The translations under genes were made by a program, and so were the position numbers. A stretch of 64,000 bases of DNA from Octopus bimaculoides (lineage: Eukaryota): the NCBI RefSeq assembly GCF_001194135.2, contig NC_069001.1, positions 3,638,735 to 3,702,734 of the forward strand, written 5' to 3'. Positions 55,642 through 64,000 of the stretch are shown piece by piece. Below the pieces are notes generated by a model, which saw only the letters and a list, made by a program, of their open reading frames with translations, did no database searches and was not told the DNA's origin. Numbering within the stretch: the stretch's first letter is position 1; each line of letters opens with the position of its first letter.

Positions 55642-58600
55642 CTGTTTGTGTGTTTGCCACCCTCACACACTGTCAGTGATGAGATTTGTTTACATCCCCA
55701 TAATCTATCAGTTCATCCAAAGAAATCAATAGAATAAGCACCAGATTTGAATAAAAAATATGTACTGGAGTCAGTTTGTTGCATTAAACTTTTCAAGGCA
55801 GTGCTCCAGCATGTCTGCAGTCAGGTGACTGAGACAAGTAACAGAGAAAGGATAAAGTTTGTTTTCGTAGTTTGAGCAGCTGCCTAGAACGGTCTGATAG
55901 CTATTTAATCTCTGTCAATGGTTAGGACAAGTGGGTATCTAAGGAAGGGGTGGAAGACCTCAGTGTTGCTTTCTTGTTAAATCAATGACAACAAACGTGT
56001 TTTTGTACCATGTTTAATGTTTTAATTCTTGGTTTTTCAATCACTTTTGTAGGCTGTTACTACTGCGCAAAGGACAGGTGCTGCTGTGGAGACTACTAAA
56101 CGATGTAAGTTCTTCCTTTAGTTGAAACATCTTTTGCTGATCGATTATTAATAGTAAAATATTGGCATTAGGAAGGGCATCCAGCTGTAGAAACTCTGCC
56201 AAATTTAGATTGGAGCCTGGTGTTGCCATCCGGTTTCACCAGTCCTCAGTCNNNNNNNNNNGTGTTGCCATCCGGTTTCACCAGTCCTCAGTCAAATCGT
56301 CCAACCCATGCTAGCATGGAAAGCGGACGTTAAACGATGATGATGATGATATCACATAAGTCTGTTTTATTTAAATAATAGCTTATAGATTAACCAGAGA
56401 TATAGGCAGAGGCACAGATGTGTGGTTTAGAAGCTTGCTTTGCAACTACATAGTTTTGGGCTTGGTTCCACCATGTGGCACCTTAGGTAAGGGTCTTCTA
56501 CTAAATTCCCTAGCTTACCAATGCCTTGTGAGCGAATTTGGTGGATGGAAACTGTGTGGAAGCCCATTGTCATCATAGGTTGGACGGTTTGACTGAGGAC
56601 TGGCAAACCAGAAGGCTGTACCAGGCTCCAATCTCTGATCTGGCAAGGTTTCTACAGCTGGATGCCCTTCCTAATGCTAACCACCCCGAGACATAACTTA
56701 GTATGTTCTTTGATTAATTTTAAGCCTTCAGTTATATATATATATACACACACACACATGCATTTAGGTAGGCATGGCTGTGTGGTTAAGAAGTTTGTTT
56801 TGGTCAACTATGTAGACACTGACAGCTGGTGCCCTCTACTTTAGCGGCTGGTTGATCAATATCTCATGAAATTTGGTAAACATAAACTAGCAGTCTGTCA
56901 CATAAATACATGTGTGCACTGAGTGTGTGTTCTTGTCTTAACAGGTGTAGGCTGATTGTAAACAAATGTGATACTACTTATACAAATAGTGTTATTTATT
57001 CACAGTACACTATGCAAACATATCCAGGCTGTTTGTTTGATAACCTGGGGTATTATTGTCTTGCATGGAAATGGGTGAGGGTTAGCATCAAGAAAGGCAT
57101 CTGCCTGAAGAAAATTTTAACCCAACATAGACTCGTCTGATCTCTGTAAGGATGGAAAAGTAAATGGTGAAATGGTGATGTGTCTGTATGTCATTTGTTT
57201 ACTTTTATGTCTGCTTTTCCCTGGGTGATATTCTGTGTTTGAGAAGTCCTGTCCCTCATGCTGGTGACACGTAAAAAGCACCCTACAAATGTTGGGCAAT
57301 ATGCTGTGCTTGAGAAGCACCCAGCATACTCTGTAAAGTGGGTGGTGTTAGGAAAGGTATCTTGCCACAACAGACAACTGGAGTCTGGGCAGCTCTCTGA
57401 CTGGCCAGCACCATGTCAAACCATCTAACCCATGCCAGCATGGAAAAACAGACATTAAAGATACATTGCTTAAATTGCCACTGAGTTTAGCAGTATTGGA
57501 TAGACCAATTTACATATCAAACACATTGCTGGCAACTGGTACATACATATCAATTGTTGGTAGGGACTCTGTATTTCATTTTGCAATTATAATATACTCT
57601 TATGTCAATGTATATATTGGGGTTCGTAGTCTTGCAAGCTGCATAGTGACCTCACTTGTGCTGGTGATATGAAAAAGCATCCAGTTCACAATGTAAAGTG
57701 GTTGATGTTAAGAAAGGCATCCAGCTGTAGAAATCATGCCGTAGCAGACGTTTGGATGCAATGCAGTCCTTGGACTCATCAGATCCTGTCAAACTGTTCA
57801 ATCTGTGCCAGCATGGAACATGGGACTTTTATTGATTCCTTGATTTGATTAACCGTTCTCTTCTTTTTAATTCTTTCAGTCAGTGCTGGTCAAAACAAGC
57901 AACACGCTGCCAACATTAATGCAAACAAGCTCGACCAAGAAACTGAGGAGTTGCACATCAGTAAAGTTAGCATTGATGTGTCTCGGCTCATTCAACAATG
58001 TCGACAAAGGTGTAACATGACCCAAAAGGAACTGGCCACTGTAAGCTATCCATATTTTCATTTTTCTTTCTCTTTAGTTGCTGTTGTTGTCTAGTCCTAG
58101 CTGGTCCCTGACTGAAAACAACTTTGATAAAAAGGTTTCTACCTCTGGACACCCTTCGTATCATTTACTACTTTACAGGGGATACTGGGTGCATTTTACT
58201 ATGGCATCATGGCTATACAAGGGGTTGCTGAAAAGTTCCTGGCTTTGGGTTAAAGAAAATGCAGGAGGATCTGTTAATTATGATTTTGTTCAACATATTC
58301 CCCTCTCTGATTCATACACTTATCGCAGCAGTCCTTCAGTTTTTCTATTAACATTGAAAGGATGAAAAGCAAAGTCAGCCTAGGTGAAATTTGAACTCAG
58401 AACATAAGGATAGGCAAAATACCATGAAGCATTTCACCCAGCATGCTAACAATTCTGCCAGCTCTTATTATATAAGAAACTACTACTACAAAAGAAAAAT
58501 GATGATTATTATTATTATTATTATTTTGTTAAACAACTTTTTCCTGCTTCAAAAGTATTTCTCACTCTTCAACTTAGAATGTAATTTTTTTTTTTTTTTA

Positions 58601-59497
58601 GAAAATTAACGAGAAACAACAAGTGATTAATGAATATGAATCTGGAAAAGCAGTGCCAAACCAGCAAATTCTTGGTAAATTGGAAAGAGCTTTGGGTAAG
58701 TAATTTTTTTTAAATATCTTTTAATTGTTTCAGTCATTGGGTTGCAGCCATGCTGGGGCACTGCCCTCAGAGGCTTTATTAGTTGAACAAATCTCACACA
58801 CAAATCTATATGCATGCGTTTGTGCGTGGGCATCCGTGTGTGAAGGTGAGTGACTTAGTGGTTAGGGTGTTCAATTCACGGTTGTAAGGTCATGAGTTTG
58901 ATTCCTGGTGGCACATTGAATCCTTGAGCAAGATGCTTTATTTCACGTTACTTCAGTCCACCCAACTGGCAAAAATAAGTTGTATCTGTAATACTCAAAA
59001 GGCCAGCCTTGTTACATTCTGTGTCACACTGAATCTCCCTGAGAAGTACATTAAGGGTACATGTGTCTGTGGAGTGCTCAGCCACTTGCACGTTAACTTC
59101 ATGAGCAGGTTGTTCTGTTGATCAGATCAACTTGAACCCTCGTTGTTGTACAGATGGAAAAGAGGATTTATATATGACAGCCTTCTTTCAGTTTCCATTT
59201 ACCAAATCCACTCCCAAGACTTTGGTCAACTTGGGGCTATAGCAGAAGACTCTTGCCCAAGGTGTCATACAAGTGGGACAGAACCTGAAACCAAATGGTT
59301 GGGAAGCAAGCTTCTTACCACATGGCCATGCCTGCATCTAATGATTTAAAATTATTAATATAAGTGATTTCAATGTTCGAATTTTTCTTTTTTGTGTGTG
59401 TTTTTCCCAATATATCTATATAACAAGTTATTTTCAATATTTTACAGGCACAAAATTGCGTGGCAAAGACAAGGGTAAACCATTTACCAAAAAGTAG
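53359..59497 (+). CDS. EDF1: Endothelial differentiation-related factor 1 / multiprotein bridging factor 1 (HTH), 5 exons, 143 aa
   Basis: Exons 53359-53433, 56053-56104, 57880-58040, 58602-58695, 59448-59497; GT-AG, phase-consistent. Protein [15 protein letters not shown]...AGQNKQH...[10 protein letters not shown]...[55 protein letters not shown] closely matches the EDF1/MBF1 family. Confidence 0.96.
54810..54960 (+). mobile_element. Penelope-like terminal repeat fragment
   Basis: tgaagagcgtaggctcggaacgt...taatacacctgc..gttgtt..tacacctgtc..tctgtaaattt.aactatata; a shorter related copy lies at about 38270-38365. The family assignment is from memory. Confidence 0.4.
56160..56351 (+). mobile_element. 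Well-preserved RTE-associated 3' tail ending in (GAT)n
   Basis: ggcattaggaagggcatccagctgtagaaac...catgctagcatggaaagcggacgttaaacgatgatgat; degenerate copies occur near 23480, 26280, 26570, 46420, 50290 and 57700. Confidence 0.6.
58216..58345 (+). mobile_element. Mariner-type non-autonomous element end
   Basis: TACAAGGGGTTGCTGAAAAGTTCCTGGCTTT resembles a mariner TIR starting at a TA. Confidence 0.5.
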
Positions 59498-59942
59498 CAG
59501 CAGTTCCCCTCTTGTACACCTGCCATCACTGTTGATTTTTTTTTTTATTTTAAACTAAGTGGTGTATTTTTTTTTATTTATTTTTTTTTTGAAATCTTCA
59601 AGATTAAGTCAGGTTGTTGCATTTATTCCTTGTGGCAATACTCTCTTTTTTTTTTAAAAGTAAAAAAAAGAATGCCAAGTTATGTTTGTGATTACAGTCT
59701 GAAATATCTATTGCTTGGATAAAAAATAATAGCAGCTGAAAACTAATTCCTTCACTTTGCAATGATCTCTTTTTTTTTTTTTTTTTTTTTTTTCTCCACT
59801 TGGCGTGATTGGACATTTACCAATATTTTTTTTTTTTTCGCTGCTCTAATTAAACACAGCTAGAAATTTTTGACAAAAAAAATTTTAATGCTAATTATAA
59901 TAATAAAAGAAAAACAGAAATGTAAATGAACTTTTAAGGAAA

Positions 59943-59948
59943 AATAAA
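59943..59948 (+). promoter_or_regulatory. Candidate EDF1 polyadenylation signal AATAAA
   Basis: AATAAA at the end of a U-rich tract about 450 nt after the EDF1 stop; a second AATAAA follows at about 59961. Confidence 0.45.
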
Positions 59949-60885
59949 TACTTTTTTAAAAATAAATTTATTATAAATTTATTCATTTTTCCAAATGTTT
60001 TAATTTTTCTCACTTGTTAGCTGTTGAGACACAACATCCTTCAAAACTTCCATGCCTCCTGAAATTTGCCACCAGTACATCTGATGCCCGCCTCCTACTT
60101 TTTTCTTCCTTCTTTTTTTTCTTTTAAGACTTTTTCACTGTTCACTACCTGTGCATATTCTATGTACTGTTCATGCAATTTTGATTACATTTTTTGATGA
60201 GTTCTAGTGCACCTATGCATTGTATACAATAAGTTCGTTATTATTATTATTATTATTTCAGCTGCCTTAATAGTTGGCATCCTTTGAAGGCCAAGAGTAG
60301 CAAGGGCACTTTTGTTTTGCTATGCATGCTAAAATTATCACCACATTTATTCCATTTTAGATGGAGAGTACTTTCTGTAGTGTATGGGCTGTACCCATCA
60401 AGGTTATCTTTTGTAGTTCGCGGAGATTGGAGTTACCAAACAATGACACACACACACACACACACACATATATGACAGGTTTCTTTCAGTTTCAATCTAC
60501 CAAATCTAGTCTCACTGTGTGGTACCTTGGGCAAGTGTCTTCTACTATAGACTTGGGCCAACCAAAGCCTTGTGAGTGGATTTAATAGACAGAAACTGAA
60601 AGAAGCCTGTTGTATATATACATATGTGTGTCTGTGTTGTCTTCCATCACCACTTGACTACTGGTGTTTTTATGTCCTCGTAACTTCACAGTTCAGCAAG
60701 AGAATGATGGAATAAGTCCCAGACGTGAATAAAAATAAGTACTGGGGTTGATTCGTCAGACTAAAGTTCTTCAAGGCAGTGCCCCAACATGGCCACAGTC
60801 TAATAAGGAAACAGGTAAAAGATAAAAGCTATGTGCATGTGTGTGTGTCTTTTTGTCTTACATTCATGCAAGAGTTGTAAACAAG

Positions 60886-61270
60886 AGGAGTGGTAAGTAG
60901 CTTGTTTACCAACCACATGGTTCTGGGTTCAGTCCCACTGCGTGGCACCTTGGGCAAGTGTCTTCTACTATAGCCTCGGGCCGACCAAAGCCTTGTGAGT
61001 GGATTTGGTAGACGGAAACTGAAAGAAGCCCGTTGTATCTATGTATATATATATATGTATGTTTGTGTGTCTGTGTTTGTCCCCCAACATCGCTTGACAA
61101 CCGATGCTGGTGTGTTTACGTCCCCGTAACTTAGCGGTTCGGCAAAAAGAGACCGATAGAATAAGTACTAGGTTAACAAAGAATAAGTCCTGGGGTCGAC
61201 TTGCTCGACTAAAGGCGGTGCTCCAGCATGGCTGCAGTCAAATGACTAAAACAAGTAAAAGACTAAAAGT
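60886..61270 (+). mobile_element. Near full-length tRNA-derived SINE (octopus-type family)
   Basis: tRNA-like head (tggtaagtagcttg...ggttctgggttcagtcccactgcgtggcaccttgggcaagtg), internal (TA/TG)n and a conserved tail (gatagaataagtact...ccagcatggctgcagtc). Dozens of degenerate copies lie on both strands (e.g. 1568, 1905, 9100, 11255, 27440, 42450, 56420, 59180). Confidence 0.8.
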
Positions 61271-61870
61271 GACACCATCATACAAGCAGTGTCTTTCATT
61301 TCCAGTCTCCCAGGTAAACCTGTTCACCAGAATAGAATTGTAATCAAAGTGGATCCATAGATTAAAAAAAATGGTTGAGGACCCCTGCTCTAAGTTATAA
61401 AAACTAGCTGCAACCGATGTTATTTACTGTCTTACGGGAACCTTTAGGTTATAGGACCAGACCACACTCTAGTAGGGAAAGGAAAGAAGGAAGTCCTGCA
61501 CACATTACATTTAAAAGACGGGGTGGTTGTTGTTAGAATGACTTAGTTCATAGGACTGCTCGGTTACAATTGACCTAGGGTTAAAGAACACCAACAATGA
61601 AATAATGATTAAATAAATAAATAAAACGAGCTAAAATAAAGGGAAATAACTGCTGTCTGACTATTAGTCCAGCCATTGTGGTCCGTTGAGGCGAAGAAAA
61701 CTTGTAAAGTGGACAATTTTAAACTGACAAATTATTTGTAGTTCGTTCACGATGGAGGGAAAACTTAGATGAAATACATCTTAAAAATTTTATCTGTTGC
61801 AGTCAGAAATTTGTAAGTTTTCAATATAATTTTTAACGAATCCAATGCTAATTTCTGTTTAAGTTGTTAC

Positions 61871-61885
61871 GTCGTCAATGACAAC
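61871..61885. promoter_or_regulatory. X-box (RFX)-like palindrome upstream of BBS10
   Basis: GTCGTC-AAT-GACAAC resembles the RFX X-box GTNNYY-spacer-RRNAAC and sits in a CpG-rich patch about 1 kb upstream of the BBS10 ATG. Confidence 0.45.
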
Positions 61886-62892
61886 GAAGTCCTTTTCCTT
61901 CACGTGTCAGCTCGGAAGTCTCTTCGTTGTCGCTCGGCCCTTTAAAAATAGCCTTAAAATTCCCTCAGATCACACACGTTATCGTCTTTAAACAGGATGG
62001 AAACTTTCGACAGTTTCATCTCAGATCAATATTTCGCAGTAGTTATGCCAACGTTTCAATTTCCCCTACCGCCGTATAAGAGAAAATGTCTTGTATACAA
62101 CACAATTTTTTAATATCTTTTAATCTCTCATTTGTTTCAGTGTTTGGGTTGCGGCCATGCTGGGACACCGCAAATTGACCCCCACTGCTTATTTTCAAAC
62201 TATGGTATTTCTTCTATCATTTTCTTTCACCTAACTGCAAAGTTCCAGGGATGTAAACAAACCGGCAACGGTTGTTAAGCTGTTGGGGCTTAACACGGAT
62301 ATTGTCCTTTTTATGGCCAGCAACACACACATATCTGTATGAGTATTTGTGTTTATTCCCCAAACTGTTCAACAGCCGGTGTTGGTTTGTTTACATCCAT
62401 ATAGCATAGCAGTTCAGCAAAAAAAAAAAAAGAAAGAACGATAGAATAAGTAGTAATCTTAAAAGCAGAGGTACTGGGGTCAATTTGTTTGACTAAATCC
62501 CTCATACATACATACATACATACGTACGTACATACGTATGTATGTATGTATTCTCACACATATCTGTTCTATTCGTGTGTGTGTCAAAATAACATCTCTT
62601 GCTATCTCTTCTTTCCTCTTTTTTTCTGTCCCTTTCATATCTTCCTTCTGAGAGTCTCCTTTGTTCTAATTTTCATTCTTACAGACTACCCCTTATGCAA
62701 ATAGATGAAGATTAATTAAGACTGAATTATTGAGACAAAGAGTAAAATGTAATTGATATAGATTACGTATTTGTTCAGATGTCAATGATTTTCTTTAAAA
62801 TAACTAAAATCTGTTTTCTGTAATTTTTCAGACGGTTGTTACAGTCTCTGGGTAAAACAACTCAAGAATTCATAACTGTGAAATATTAACAA

Positions 62893-64000
62893 ATGGCTGC
62901 TATAAACTCCAGTGACATTTCTCTGTCAGATATTGTCCGAATTGTCTCATCACTGTCTGATATCTGTGCAAGCTCTATAGGTCCTATGTGTGAGAAGACT
63001 CTTTTCACAACTTCTACTGGATTGGTGCAGTTTGTCACTAATGGCATTGACATTCTTAATGCTTTGCAGTTTTCCCATCCAGTTGCAAAGTTTGTGGTAA
63101 GTTCTCTTCAACATGTACATTCTGTGACGGGAGATGGCAGCAAATTATTTATTCTTTACATCACTGAATTAACACGGTTTGTTGAACTGCGAGTGAACTC
63201 TTCTTCTCAGACAAACGGTACTCAGTTCAGAGAAAATATTCGTAGAATATCTCAGGGATTAAGAAACTTTAAGCGTCTAATAATGGAATTTGAGTTCAGA
63301 AATCGTTTATCTCCTTTCAGTTCTATCAATTCTTCCAACTTTTTACTAAGCTGTTGCCATCTGAAACAAGTTTGTAAATCAGTTTTATTGAGTTCTTTGT
63401 CTGACAAAGAATCAGTTTATTTCTCGTCTCTACTCATTGATTTTCTTAGTTACGGTGTTGAATGTACTGATTCCTTACATCAAGCCATTGACTTTACTAT
63501 TAAACACTTTGATGTATTAATTCACAAAGATATTGGTCATTGTTACAGTTCTTCAAAGGTTCTACCTGGAATACTCATACCATGTGAAGGAACATTATCC
63601 CATGATCTATCATCTTCCAAAGAGGAAATTGTATCAGTCATTTTGCAGAATTTCTTAACATCTGATGAAGATGCAGAAACAACAGAAGCCACGTTTACAA
63701 TAACAGAGTTTTATGAGTTCAGTTCCTTACTTGCCTTCCAATATCACCAATGTGAGGCCTTCATCAAACAATGTACACTAAACAATGTAAAACTAGTTTG
63801 CTGCTGTCATGAGATTCCAAAATTTGCTGAAACTTTGTTCCAGCAACATGGCATTTATACTATTTCTTACTTTCCTGAAGAATTCTGTGAGTATTTTCAA
63901 ACTGTAGCCAAAAAGCAACCTCTTTCATGTATTAGAGATTCTCTCTGTGATAGTTCACTAGTTTCATTTGGTTTACATAAAAGGATTGTCATAAATGGTT
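62893..64000 (+). CDS. BBS10: BBS10-like type II chaperonin-like protein, 5' partial (369 uninterrupted codons, continues past window end)
   Basis: ATG at 62893 with an in-frame TAA two codons upstream and no stop to 64000. The N-terminus SIGPMCEKTLFTTSTGLVQFVTNGIDILNALQFSHPVAKFVV...HSVTGDGSKLFILY aligns by eye with the BBS10 pattern (VGP..RQVL.T..TG....NG..LL.AL...HP.A...V......TGDGAKTFI). Acceptor tttttcag at 62831 implies a 5' UTR intron. BBS10 rather than BBS12/MKKS is assigned from recalled motifs. Confidence 0.8.
   Translation, partial: MAAINSSDISLSDIVRIVSSLSDICASSIGPMCEKTLFTTSTGLVQFVTNGIDILNALQFSHPVAKFVVSSLQHVHSVTGDGSKLFILYITELTRFVELRVNSSSQTNGTQFRENIRRISQGLRNFKRLIMEFEFRNRLSPFSSINSSNFLLSCCHLKQVCKSVLLSSLSDKESVYFSSLLIDFLSYGVECTDSLHQAIDFTIKHFDVLIHKDIGHCYSSSKVLPGILIPCEGTLSHDLSSSKEEIVSVILQNFLTSDEDAETTEATFTITEFYEFSSLLAFQYHQCEAFIKQCTLNNVKLVCCCHEIPKFAETLFQQHGIYTISYFPEEFCEYFQTVAKKQPLSCIRDSLCDSSLVSFGLHKRIVING

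Overview
This is AT-rich animal genomic DNA from a draft assembly with seven N gaps. It is dense in microsatellites, tRNA-derived SINEs, RTE/CR1-type LINE relics and Tc1/mariner and piggyBac-type MITEs. The repeat families look like those of Octopus (coleoid cephalopod), which is an inference from recalled consensus sequences. Manual exon stitching gives four protein-coding genes: DHPS (+, 8 coding exons, 364 aa), BAG6 (-, 22 coding exons, 1335 aa, convergent with DHPS), EDF1/MBF1 (+, 5 exons, 143 aa) and the first 369 codons of a BBS10-like chaperonin (+, runs off the window, absent from the ORF track). No CRISPR, rRNA or true tRNA genes were seen, and I found no clearly demonstrable new system. 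The best leads are: a possible unannotated divergent gene sharing the DHPS promoter; a possible alternative BAG6 last exon; orphan CpG-rich promoter-like islands between BAG6 and EDF1, one containing a structured element; a degenerate hammerhead-ribozyme motif; and several long intronic foldbacks that could be ADAR substrates.
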